Part shown: piece by piece, positions 32,280-43,576 of the stretch
Position numbering within the stretch: position 1 is the stretch's first letter
Layout of the letters: every line of letters begins with the position of its first letter
IMG/VR virus record: IMGVR_UViG_3300037247_001786
Location: 384,001-448,000 of that record
DNA: 64,000 nucleotides
Origin: a virus
Taxonomy: Duplodnaviria > Caudoviricetes
Direction: 5' to 3' (one strand)
Made by a program: the position numbers and the translations under genes
Notes under the pieces: generated by a model
What the model was told of the DNA's origin: nothing
What the model saw: the letters and a program-made list of their open reading frames with translations, nothing else
The model's database searches: none

Positions 32280-32498
32280 TACGGGACTTACGAGAGGGAC
32301 GATCCGCGACCGGGTGGTTATCGTCCCCACTACCGGAAGGGCAAACCCGCAGTCATTTAAGCTGCGGAAAGCCCAAATGTGGGAGTTATTGACAGATAGA
32401 GTATATCGCGATGGCGATAATGCTCACGGATAACTCCAAATACCTTGAGGAAACCGCGAGTCGGCAACAAGACGGCAATGATGCGGTTTCCTCTTTTT
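32280..32498 (+). ncRNA. GC-rich multi-hairpin non-coding region ending in a terminator
   Basis: GGGACGAT/ATCGTCCC, GGGC..CCGCAG/CTGCGG..GCCC, GGAGTTAT/ATAACTCC, GAGGAAACCGC/GCGGTTTCCTC + T7. Confidence 0.55.
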
Positions 32499-33628
32499 TT
32501 GCCAGAGTAGTAATTTTTCTATCTTATGATATTGTAAAGAACAATATTTTAAGGAAAATATAATGCCAGAAACAATTGACATATCAAAAGAATATCCCAC
32601 TGCACTAAAAGCAGAAAAAAGACGCATAAATATCTTAATATTAAGAAATATTAACCCTATAAAACGTCTTGATGGGAAAATGGCCTGTTACTCATTAGAG
32701 TATTGTTGGCTTAGGGATTCCGAGGATATTACTTCAGTACAAGGTAGCGATTTCTCCTATTGGACTAAAGCAGAGCTTAAATGGGATGAATGTTTATTCG
32801 ATCAAGTTAATCTATTTTAATAATTTGCCAGAGTAGGAAAAAATAAGGTTTATAATATTATGAGACGATTAAACAAAAAACAAAAGAGACGAATTGATAG
32901 CTGGTTCAATAAAAACTGGAAAGGTGCTGGTAGCATCGGGGGAATAGATGATCTTCCCTATGATGTATATCAAGAATTAGAAGATATGAATGACTTTGAA
33001 ACAATATGGCAACATACAAACAATTATATCATGGAAAAGGCTCTAAATGCTTAAAATCAAAATAACTTGGAACGGCGTTATATATGACGCTAAAGTCATT
33101 AGTGATTATAAGGTCGAGATATTAGATACAGATATAAACCAAACTATTGAACTCGATCAATGCAAACATTGTGGAGTCTGGTTATCCGAAGAAGAGGGCT
33201 GTTATGGAGACGGTTATTGCGATGGATGTGCTGCAATGTGTATTCACTGCGAACTCTATCATAACGCTGCTGATATGATACCTCCAGAAAAAGATGGAGA
33301 AGAGTATGTATGTAAAGAATGTGATAGTAAATTGCCAGAGTGATCATTTTCTGGTCTTATAGTATTATAAAGACGACGCATTTGGTACTGCGGTTTTTTT
33401 GCTCATTGAATAGATGATACCTAATAGTCTTACTGTAACAAAGTAAAATCGAGCTTAGGAAATCGAGCTTTTAGGAGACAATGTCGCTATTCATACATTT
33501 TTGAATCCTTCTTAAGATTAGGCGGTAGTTAATTCTACCGTCTTTTTTTCGCGAAAATAAATTGCCAGAGTAGTAAATTTTCTATCTTATTAAGGTATAA
33601 ACAACGATAACCTTTTGGAGATAGAACA

Positions 33629-34105
33629 ATGAAAACAGAATGTTTAGTAATCGTCGATATGCAGCCAGATTTTAAGTCTGCCAATGATAGAAAAACAATA
33701 GATAATGTTCTCATACAAATCGAAAAAGCAAGGGAACAAGATATTCCTATCTTTATTTTAGAATTTATAAATCATGGACAAACATCAGAAGAGATACAAG
33801 AGGCATTGGAGGGATATTATCAAGTATGGTTTATCGCGAAAGGCGATGACGATGGGTCAAGGGAGTTAATAACTTGTATTCAAGATAATGCGTATATTGT
33901 TAACGATTTTATCGTTTGCGGAGTTAATATATGTGCCTGTGTTTATTGGACTATTAAAGGGTTATTAAAAGATTATAAAACCAGAATAACCGTTATTAAA
34001 GATGCTTGTAATGGTAAGTGGTCACACCATATCGACAATGACCAAACTTATAATGATTATGACTTACAAGATGTTTATACAAGCGATAGAGTATCTCTTG
34101 TATAA
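33629..34105 (+). CDS. Isochorismatase / nicotinamidase-like cysteine hydrolase
   Basis: LVIVDMQPDF (catalytic D), FIAKG (K), GVNICACV (C), VIKDAC. Confidence 0.8.
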   Translation: MKTECLVIVDMQPDFKSANDRKTIDNVLIQIEKAREQDIPIFILEFINHGQTSEEIQEALEGYYQVWFIAKGDDDGSRELITCIQDNAYIVNDFIVCGVNICACVYWTIKGLLKDYKTRITVIKDACNGKWSHHIDNDQTYNDYDLQDVYTSDRVSLV

Positions 34106-34169
34106 ATTGCCAGAGTAGTAAAAAATTGCTCTTATAGTATTGTAAAACAATAATATTTGGAGTAGAAAA

Positions 34170-34976
34170 ATGAGCCTAACAATAGAAGACCTAACAATAG
34201 AAGTAACTCGTAAATGTAATATGCAATGCGAACACTGTCTAAGAGGGCCAGCACAAAGAAAAACAATATCAGACCAGCATATCTATAAGATACTTCAATT
34301 GATAGACGACGTAGGGACACTAACTATCACTGGAGGAGAGCCGACACTTGCAATGGATTCCTTAACCCAAATACAACACTGTGTTCAGTATAATCGAGCC
34401 GACGTTGGCAGTTTCTATATGGTCACAAATGGCAAGTCGATCAATGTTGATGCACTGGCAGAGTGGGCAAATTATATGAGATTTGCCTGCCATGATAACG
34501 AACTTTCTGGAGTGGCTTTCTCGTTTGACCAATTTCATCTAAACACTTTTAATAACCCACAACTGGACAAACAAAAACGTAATTATTATAGATTAAAAGA
34601 TATAATAGAGAATGAATATGGGATTCTCGATGAACAAGGCTTTGCGGGGTTTATACGCAAACATTCCGATGATTCTTGGGGTTACGATTCATTACTGGCG
34701 GAGGGTAGAGCCGAAGATTTTGGAGTAAGAACTAACGACCCTAAAATATTCATAGAGGACATTTGGAAAGACAATATCAACTTTTCAGATAATATACTAT
34801 ATCTATCTGCTAATGGTTATATTGTTTCTGACTGCAACTGGAGTTACAAGAGTATAGATAGCGATAAACAGATAAGGATTGCTCATATTGATGACATACA
34901 AAGTCAAGATGATTTGATTGAAGCTATAAGGACATATAATAAGAGAATGACACCACTAGTCGAAGCATTAGTATAA
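34170..34976 (+). CDS. Radical SAM protein
   Basis: EVTRKCNMQCEHCLRG (CxxxCxxC), TITGGEPTL, MVTNG. Confidence 0.9.
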   Translation: MSLTIEDLTIEVTRKCNMQCEHCLRGPAQRKTISDQHIYKILQLIDDVGTLTITGGEPTLAMDSLTQIQHCVQYNRADVGSFYMVTNGKSINVDALAEWANYMRFACHDNELSGVAFSFDQFHLNTFNNPQLDKQKRNYYRLKDIIENEYGILDEQGFAGFIRKHSDDSWGYDSLLAEGRAEDFGVRTNDPKIFIEDIWKDNINFSDNILYLSANGYIVSDCNWSYKSIDSDKQIRIAHIDDIQSQDDLIEAIRTYNKRMTPLVEALV

Positions 34977-35654
34977 TTTGCCAGAGTAGTAAAAAATAGG
35001 ATTTATAGTATTATGAAAGAACAACAAAAACAAAAAGTATTGAGACTTCTAAATGAAGCAAATGATATTCTCACTGACGAAATCGCTGACGACGAAGAAA
35101 TCGAAACACAAGACATATTTTGTCCTCTTGGAGAGGTTATAAGTAATGTCTATGATATTGATACAGAATAACTTTTTGGAGATAATAAAATGGCATGTAT
35201 ATATAAAAGTGAAACAGGCACTTGTTACCGTAGTACAAGTAAACATCATTGTAAATTAGTCAATAACACAGATTGCGAAAATTGCGATTTATGTCAAACA
35301 ACAAAAATAGTTAGCGATAAAACGAGAATCCAAAGAATCATAAAAGAAAGTATAGCCTTATTGAAAGAAAAGGATATAGAAGAGGCAATGCGTATTCTGA
35401 ATAAGGCTATGGAAATATAAACTTTAATTGGAGATAATAAAATGGCTATGGTTTTTACAGATAGGCAAACAGCGTTTATAGAACAAGGAATGTCTACAAT
35501 AGAAGCATCTCTTGAAAAAGATTGCGATAAAATAGATATAGTGATGCAAGAAGGTACTGAACAAAAAAGTACTATATCTCTTGATTGGGAACATGCCGAC
35601 CAACTCGGAAATTGGCTTATCGCCAGAGCAAAAGAAATGAGACTAGCCCAATAA

Positions 35655-35728
35655 TTGCCAGAGTGACAATTTTTCTATCTTATAGTATTGTAAACAATAA
35701 CAATAACTTTTTTGGAGAAAAGAAAATG
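35655..35728 (+). promoter_or_regulatory. Representative full-length cassette head (element + leader + SD + ATG)
   Basis: ttgccagagtgacaatttttctatcttatagtattgtaaacaataacaataacttttttggagaaaagaaaatg; 67/74 identical to the next copy at 35969-36042. Confidence 0.85.
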
Positions 35729-38700
35729 AGTGAAAAAACAGATGAACAAATAGTCGAAGCATTGAAATCTTTGGGTTATATACCCGTTAAAGATAAGGGA
35801 TATTTTACCGAAGGGGTTGACGCCCAACAAGTATTGTTTTATAATCCAAAGACTAAATTGGGGTTACAGGTATGGATTGCCTCACCCGGTGATCAAGATG
35901 TTTTTGATGAATATTATATGCAAGAGGTTGACGGTCAATTTGGTACGAATGTCATAGAATCCCAATAATTGCCAGAGTAGTAATTTTTCTATCTTATAGT
36001 ATTGTAAACAATAACAATAACTTTTTTGGAGACTGAAAAATGACAACGAAAACAAATGTAGAAGTTTCAAGCGATGCTCTTCACAGAGCCACAAAAATGG
36101 CACAACAAATGAAGCAAAATGTAGTCGTCTTTAAGTCAAAACTCGGTAAAAAAGATACTGAATTTTGTACTGCACAAAAAGTATGGGACGATTCAGAAGA
36201 GAAACAAGATGTAGAATTCCTCGCAATTATCGACGCAAATGGCAATTACGTCGATTAACGATATAGATTCGTCCCAATAGGCCAATGCAGGTATCAAATG
36301 TCTGGAAGCCTGGCGGGGCGTCTTATTTTTTGCCAGAGTAGTAAAAAACAACTCTTATAGTATTAACAAGGGTAAAACCCATTATATAAAATAATTTTAA
36401 CTGTTAGCCCGAAAGGATGGTGTACTCTGTTTTAATGTAAAAAAATAGATTCTTAATTAAATTGATTGTTTGTCGGTATTGCATAACCGTCATATAGGGC
36501 AAATCTGGCGGGGTTCAGGTTTGCTCTTTTTTCGCGAAAATAAATTGCCAGAGTGACAAAAAAACTGTCTTATAAAGGTATAAACAACAATAATACTTTT
36601 TGGAGATAAGAAAATGACTGAACGACATAAACTATCAGCGTATATGCAAGACAGAGGTTTTGAACTCGATACAATGACATCAATGACAGCAGGCACAACC
36701 TCTATGATAGGACACCACCGAGTAACAGAGTATGGTGAACATAACATCATAAGTGGTATCCGTTTTGTCAACTTCTCTGGCGTCGATACAAAAGAAGGCG
36801 ATCTGGGGTGCGTTACTCTGTATTATACAGGGACAACAAGAAAAAAATACCACAGGCAATCCCATGACTCCGAAATACTAAAGAAAGCGTTTTGTCCTAA
36901 AGACGCAGAAGAGGCAATAAAGATATATGATATATGGAAAGTCGAAACATATAATACAATACAATCATGGAAAGTTATTATATAATTGCCAGAGTAGTAA
37001 AAAATGGCTCTTATAGTATTGTAAAGGAAACGATAACTTTTTGGAGTAAAGAAAATGACATACGGACAAATAAAACAAGATTTATCTTCTATCAATCTTG
37101 AGGGTAAAACCAAACATCAAAAAGGCAATCACGAGATTTTAGTTAATTGGACTAAACCGTTCGCAGATGAAGCAGTTGTAGATCCACAAAATCTCAGAGA
37201 AATCCGTAAGCGGATAAAAAACATCAAGAAAAACATCGTAAAAATGAGCGAAATCACAAAGAGCAAAATCAACGCTCTCAATGACGGTATTTGCGATACT
37301 CTTTGTAGCCTTTACTCTCGTTGGCAAGAAGAAAAAGAATATGAGGATTGGGATGATTATATATCGGTAATGAAGAAAAAGTTCGAGACATTGATTGTCG
37401 ATAATAACATGACAAACGCTGTCTATTATTCTTGCGGTAAAAGACCTTTTGGCTTGACTTTCGACTTTGAGGGTCATAGAGTAACTGTATATGCTAACTC
37501 CAGTAGTTACGGTTGGAAATCGAAACCTTTATAATTGCCAGAGTAGTAAAAAAACAACCTTATAGGGTTGTAAAGAACAATAACAACCTTTTTGGAGATA
37601 ACGAAATGGTAAGACAATTAACTAAAAATCTATACGACGCTTTAATGTTTGATACTGGCCCCGGAGCGGCTGCGATAACTGACTTCGGATTAGGACATTC
37701 AGGCAGCGAACAACATACAGTACTTCAAAGAGCTGTAAGAGCAGGAGCGACAGCAGAGGAACTCGACAAAGCCCTCGGAAATGGCGAGAGAATAGCTAAA
37801 CTCGTCAAAGATTATACAGAAATCGAAACTGAATTTCATACTGCTTGGGATGACATAAGAGAGGAAACTCTAAAACAAATCAAAGAACTTGAAATAAAAA
37901 GAGTAATAACAGATGACGAAAGACTACAATTAGATGAACTATATGAAGCTATTAAAACTCTCTAACTCCAAATGAGAGGTTATTGTTGGAACTACATTCT
38001 GGTATTGCGTAAATGCCAGAGTGTAGTTTTTTATATCTTATTAAGGTATAATCAACAATAACTTTAATCGGAGATAAAATATGTTTTGCATGTTTATCAA
38101 AGTAAATACAAAATGGTACACCAGAAATATCACAAACGTCCCAACTGCCGCCGTACACGCACACGTCGCTAACGGCGAAATGGTTATTTTTATGGATGAT
38201 ATAGTGGACTTCTGCTATACCATGAAAGTAAAAATGGAAGATATTACACTGATAACAAAAATGGAAGATATTCCAAGGGAATAATTGCCAGAGTAGTAAA
38301 AAAGTGAGTTTATAGTAATGTAAACAATAACTTTTGCGGAGTAAAAATATGCGAATTATAATCGAAAATGTAAATCTATTAAAGAAGAGAATCAAAACCT
38401 TTATTAGAGCGTCCGAATACCTGTTGAAAAACAGAAAAGAGATGTATTGGTCAAGATGGGAAATGAAGAGAGGAAAAATCCAAAATGTCTCTTTAACCAA
38501 ATCAAAAAGACGGTATAAAGAACTATGGATAAATAGATATAATGAAGTATTTTATTGTCTCGAATCCAATGACTTTAGCAAAATAGATTGGATAGAGGTC
38601 AGAGATGTCCTGTATTGGTGCGGTTTCCAAATCGAAATGAAAAACGAAAAAAGCTATAAAGCATTAAGAGAGTCCAGAAAAGATATAGTAATTGCCGTCG

Positions 38701-39603
38701 CTAAAAGTCCAGAACAATTTGAAGAGAATGTGAGAATACATAGCCAGTTTATCTAAAGGTTCATGGTTATCCTTAAAACCATCGGCATCTGTTAGGGGTA
38801 AGTAGGGAGTTTATTCGACCCGAAAACCCCTCTTTTTTCGCGAAAATAATCTGCCAGAGTAGTAATTTTTCTATCTTATTAAGGTATAATCAACAATAAC
38901 TTTTTTTGGAGATAAGAAAATGATAGGCGACGGAATATTTGACAATGATGCGGATATAGAACAACATCAATTAGAACAAGCTGGAAACCGCATAGCAAGC
39001 CTAAAAAGAAAAGGAATTTGCCTTCATGGACATATAAATACTACAACTCATGAATGTTATGAATGTAAAAAGACATGGACAAGCGAAAAAGAAATGTTCG
39101 AAGAAATAGACGAGTTAGCTCTTGAATATGGGATATAGTAATCTGCCAGAGTGACAATTTTTCTATCTTATAGTATTGTAAAGAAAACAATAACTTTTTT
39201 GGAGATAAGATAATGGAATTTACAGTAACCGACAAAGGGCTTAAAATCGTAATCGTTAGCGACGGAGCCAAAGCTGTATTGCAAGAGTACCACGACGATG
39301 AAACCATAGATACAGACTCTTCAATGTACGAAATGTTCGATGATATTCTGGGAAATACAGAATTCGAGTGGATAAGTCCAGAAGAAATTGGAGCTTTAAC
39401 ATCGGCACCTATTATCGGTATTAAAGATGAAAATGATGTTGTTATCGAAGCGTATGGTTTTATGGATTACGCTATTGAATCCCTGTTAGGTCAACTATTC
39501 AAATATGGCGAAGCCTTACTGATAAAAGGATAATCGCCAGAGTGACAATTTTTCTATCTTATAGTATTGTAAAGAAAACAATAACTTTTTTGGAGACTGA
39601 AAA

Positions 39604-40014
39604 ATGGCAACTTACAAAATACCAACAACCGTAAAAATAACTACACAACGCATTAAAGATATGCTCATAACTGCTCTTGAGGGAGGGAGTGACTACTGGT
39701 TGAGGGTTAGAGTAAAAGACCTTAACAGATTATCTGAACAATTCAATAACGATCGCAATATGGAAAATCTTATATTGGCTGGGGCCAGCGTACCTATTTA
39801 CGATGCTGAAGGTCAAGATGGTCTTCTTGGACACTTGAGTATGTTAAATATCATAATGGCATTGTCGGCAATGGCTCAAGGCGAGAATATCAAAGAAGAG
39901 AAAAACGATAGGCTTAAAGAACATTTCGATAACTTCATCAATGAAAATGACGACGCGGAAACCGCCGATGTTATAGTACAGATTGCAGTTATGGAAAGTG
40001 TAGTATATGGATAA
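39604..40014 (+). CDS. Hypothetical phage-type protein
   Basis: ALEGGSDYW...DAETADVIVQIAVMESVVYG C-terminal pattern; cassette after element 39534. Confidence 0.6.
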   Translation: MATYKIPTTVKITTQRIKDMLITALEGGSDYWLRVRVKDLNRLSEQFNNDRNMENLILAGASVPIYDAEGQDGLLGHLSMLNIIMALSAMAQGENIKEEKNDRLKEHFDNFINENDDAETADVIVQIAVMESVVYG

Positions 40015-41417
40015 TCTGCCAGAGTAGTAATTTTTCTATCTTATTAAGGTATAAACAACAATAATACTTTTCGGAGATAAGAAAATGAATACTGAAAAAG
40101 TGCATATAAGCCTGATAACGTCAGGAGATACAATCTTCCACAACAACAAAGAAATGACAGTTTGCAACAAAGATATAAAACGAGGGTTTAACGGAATAAC
40201 AATTTTTGGAGATAGTTACAGATTGGGAAAAGTCCCCGTTTTACGGGTTATAATGGCAAAGATAAAAAAATGTTGTTGTGGCGAAGAAGAGTTTTTACAA
40301 GTCTTGCCAGTATTCAACAAGTATAAAGTGCATTGTGTAAACTGCGGCAATAGAAGTCAAGCCATGTCAACACCTGAAAAAACAATTGAATCATGGAATA
40401 CCTCAAACAGATTTAATAAGGATAACTGCCAGAGTGACAAAAAATCTATCTTATAGTATTGTAAAGAAAACAATAACTTTTTTGGAGATAAGAAAATGAA
40501 TAGGATTAAAATATATTTATCAAATGGAGATTCTATTGATTTGGTGTTAATAGATGATAATAATATTGATTTTACTGACCTTGATTCAATAGCCGAATAT
40601 TTTGAATATGATGGCGATAGTAGTGAAATAATAAAAGTCGAAATGTATCTTGATTAGACTAAATTTCGCGGAGATAATAAAATGCCACAAAAAACAATAA
40701 AACTAAAAGAAGCTCTTGATTTCGCTAAAAATAATAGTTATCTCTTTGCAGTATATGAGAAACAAGATGATAATTATGTACTATTCAATGAAGCGTATAT
40801 GTCAGATATTGCAGAAGATACTGATATAATAGTAAAGACAATTGGGGCAGCAACAGATTTTAACGAGTTTATAACAGCAGATAAACAATACTGTTTCAGA
40901 CTCCACAATAACTTTAATGTACCAAAAATCATACCAATAATTTCGCGAGGATAAAAATGAATGAAAAAATACGAAAAAGAGTTATTATAGTTCTAATAGG
41001 TCTTATTATCTTTATATCCGGTATGAAGACCGGCATCAGTTGGAGAGATAAAGGATGGGAAAGAGCTATAAATAGTATAAAGGTAGAGAAATGATACTTT
41101 GTACCTATAAAAGATTCTATTCAAGAGACGGAAACTCTTTTCAAGAATGCGGAACAGATAAGTTCAAAACAGATAATAAAGGGGAAGCAGACCTTGTTAT
41201 AAGTAATTGGAATAGAGTGGGAGGAAGAAAAAACCAATTAAATACATTTTATAGATATGAAATAGAGACAACTGAAGATATAGATTGGAATGTATGGGAC
41301 AATGAAGATATACCATATCGAAATGGGGGTATTTGGTAAACTGCCAGAGTGACAAAAAATTGCTCTTATAGTATTGTAAAGAACAATAATAAAAACAATA
41401 TTTTAAGGAGCAGTAAA

Positions 41418-42503
41418 ATGGACAAGGCAGCCAACTATCACAGCAAAGCAAAAGATTTCGTAAGGACCATCGCAACCGAAAAAATAGGGAATCCAGCCAA
41501 ATTTTCTATCGTTTTCGCATCCGTCGATGCCCTATCCACAAAACAGAACTTCAAAACGGGAAACTTCATAAACAAGAGCAAGTTAATCCCGGTTGAGCAA
41601 GAACCGTTAATTCGCCCATTAGTAGATAAAGTAATGGGACAATTAACAAAGAATACTGTACCTGCTTTAGCTTGTTCAGCCCATTCAATTCCTTTGGAAA
41701 AACATCTTGATATTAAAAAGGGCGAAAAACTCGACTATACCTTTTATGATATTTGCGGTAACGAAACTGTTAGAATCGCAAGATGGTTCTATCTCTATCA
41801 AGAATATCTTGAAAATGGGATGCGTCTGCCGATGACAATTCAGGTCGGAAGTAAAAGAGGTTTTGGATATAGTTATGATGCTGTCAATAATGCGACAAAT
41901 GGTAACTTTAACTCTTTTGTCCACAATCTTTTAAGAAAACAAGGTACCGAAATAACTCTTTTGAGTAGCTCAATTTCACCTGCAGCTTGGGAAAGCCTAT
42001 ATGCTCAAATCTATCTGATTTATTGCTCAATGCCAAGCAAGGAAATCGAGTTTAAGAGTATCCATATCTATAACAACGCCGATATTGTAGATAGGGAAGA
42101 GGGGCAAATTGGGAAACTTGCTGAGGATATGGCTATGATAGATATGGTTATTCACGACAGAGAAGAGCTTGATACCGTTATCTTGAGCAAGTTAAAAAAG
42201 ATAGTCAACTGCTACAATGAACTAATCAGCGATAATACTGAGATAATAGAGCTGAAACATCGGGTTCGTAAAAGCAAGGCTAAAAAAATGAGGGAAAAGA
42301 AGCCAATGAAAATCTACAATCCACCTCGCTTTGTAAATGCCCACGAAATCGCCCGACATTTGGGGATATATGGCAACTATAAATCAATGGATGACGTTCC
42401 ACAAGGAAAGCAGTCATGGATTAAGATTCACGCAAAACAAAACAGTCTCGACCCGATCGTTTGCTTCAATAAGATAAAACAAAGATTGTCGAGACGGAAA
42501 TAA
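41418..42503 (+). CDS. Hypothetical protein (cassette gene)
   Basis: AAGGAG SD + ATG 41418 after element 41341. Confidence 0.65.
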   Translation: MDKAANYHSKAKDFVRTIATEKIGNPAKFSIVFASVDALSTKQNFKTGNFINKSKLIPVEQEPLIRPLVDKVMGQLTKNTVPALACSAHSIPLEKHLDIKKGEKLDYTFYDICGNETVRIARWFYLYQEYLENGMRLPMTIQVGSKRGFGYSYDAVNNATNGNFNSFVHNLLRKQGTEITLLSSSISPAAWESLYAQIYLIYCSMPSKEIEFKSIHIYNNADIVDREEGQIGKLAEDMAMIDMVIHDREELDTVILSKLKKIVNCYNELISDNTEIIELKHRVRKSKAKKMREKKPMKIYNPPRFVNAHEIARHLGIYGNYKSMDDVPQGKQSWIKIHAKQNSLDPIVCFNKIKQRLSRRK

Positions 42504-43031
42504 CACAATAAAAAAGAGAGAGAGCCTCCAGAAATGGGGGCTTTTTTTTCGCGAAAAATTGAGTGCCAGAGTGCCAATTTTTCTATCTTATTAAGGTATA
42601 AACAACAATAACTTTTGGAGATAAAAAAATGAAAATCAAAACAAAAGAAGTCGGCAAAATAATGGCAATTGAAGACAGAGATTGTACTATTATTAAATGG
42701 ACAAAAGATGTCGTCTTGGACGTTATAAAATTCGATAAAACAGGAGAAGACCACGACCCCGCCGATGATAAAGTATTCAAACAAGGGGAACACACTCTTG
42801 TTAAAAACCTTGAGGAATTTGATAAGGAATCAGTCGAACTAGACTTTATGGATGGGACAAGTTGCCTTTATATATCTAAAGATTCTTTCAGCGTCCCGCT
42901 AATGATTCGATTAAATCAAGAGGAAACCGATATTACCCTCAATAATGTACCTGAATGGGTATCGTAATCCGCCAGAGTGCCCTTTTTTCTATCTTATAGT
43001 ATTATAAAGAATAACTTTTGGAGATAAAAAA

Positions 43032-43496
43032 ATGAGTTACGACCAAATAAAAGAAATCAATTATAATACGTCAAACAATATCCTACAAATCCCGAATCTA
43101 AAGTTCAGTCAAGAAACAAAGAAACTCTACCATAAATATAGAGAACTAAAAACTATAACAGAAAAACATCTCCAGAATCTCGCCAATAGCATCTTCAAGG
43201 ATTTAGGACTTAAAACAGTACCAATAACTTTTAATGGAGTACGTCCACATCAGAGTAACGGAAAACGAATTGTTAAGGAAACCCACGGAGTACATCAAAG
43301 AGGACTCGATGGATCCAAAATAACTGTTTATCAATTTACTGCCGCAAGAAAAAAACATATAGCGGCTAAAACAGCTATATCAACTCTTCTTCATGAGATA
43401 AACCATAATATAGATTATAATATCTTGAATCTGAAGTCAATACATACAAGAGGCTTCTACTCCAGATTGAAACATCTAACTGCACAAATGGGATAA
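43032..43496 (+). CDS. SprT-like HExxH zinc-binding protein
   Basis: STLLHEINH...HTRGFY. Confidence 0.6.
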   Translation: MSYDQIKEINYNTSNNILQIPNLKFSQETKKLYHKYRELKTITEKHLQNLANSIFKDLGLKTVPITFNGVRPHQSNGKRIVKETHGVHQRGLDGSKITVYQFTAARKKHIAAKTAISTLLHEINHNIDYNILNLKSIHTRGFYSRLKHLTAQMG

Positions 43497-43576
43497 AGTA
43501 TGTCTTTTGCCAGAGTGTCAGTTTTTCTACTTTATAGTATTGTAAAGAAAACAATAACTTATTTTTGGAGAAAAAA

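Larger units (their letters stand above)
1..43516 (+). repeat. Dispersed conserved cassette-head element (TAAT)TTGCCAGAGT-N15-TTAT-N5-TRT, about 64 copies
   Basis: 10-mer start positions read by eye: partial copy at 1 (cagagt), 1916, 2906, 4796, 6757, 7641, 8198, 9221, 9804, 11879, 12694, 13280, 14077, 14730, 15198, 15786, 16927, 17981, 18864, 19640, 20228, 20941, 21852, 22019, 22994, 23331, 24129, 24609, 25020, 26218, 27041, 27381, 27788, 28132, 28647, 29097, 29699(AC), 30092, 30809, 31324, 31985, 32499, 32825, 33332, 33562, 34107, 34978, 35655, 35969, 36330, 36545, 36986, 37535, 38013(AT), 38285, 38851(CT), 39143(CT), 39534(TC), 40016(CT), 40426(CT), 41341(CT), 42563(GT), 42969(CC), 43507. 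All on + strand. The 15-nt spacer to TTAT held in every copy I counted. None seen after 43.6 kb. Confidence 0.97.

Noticed and set aside
1916-43516. CRISPR array interpretation of the repeated element
   Set aside because: Spacing is irregular (150-2,000 bp), the intervals contain whole genes, the repeat is not palindromic, and no cas genes are visible.
1916-43516. Classical integron (attC) interpretation
   Set aside because: No R''-L''-L'-R' imperfect palindrome, no GTTRRRY core and no tyrosine integrase in the window; each unit has its own promoter-like box. Only the analogy is retained.
1916-43516. Canonical sigma70 or Bacteroidetes-type promoter reading of the element
   Set aside because: TTGCCA to TATAGT spacing is 20 nt and the last T of the -10 is not conserved. 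TTTG to TAnnTTTG spacing would be ~25 nt, and the genes use GGAG SD sites.
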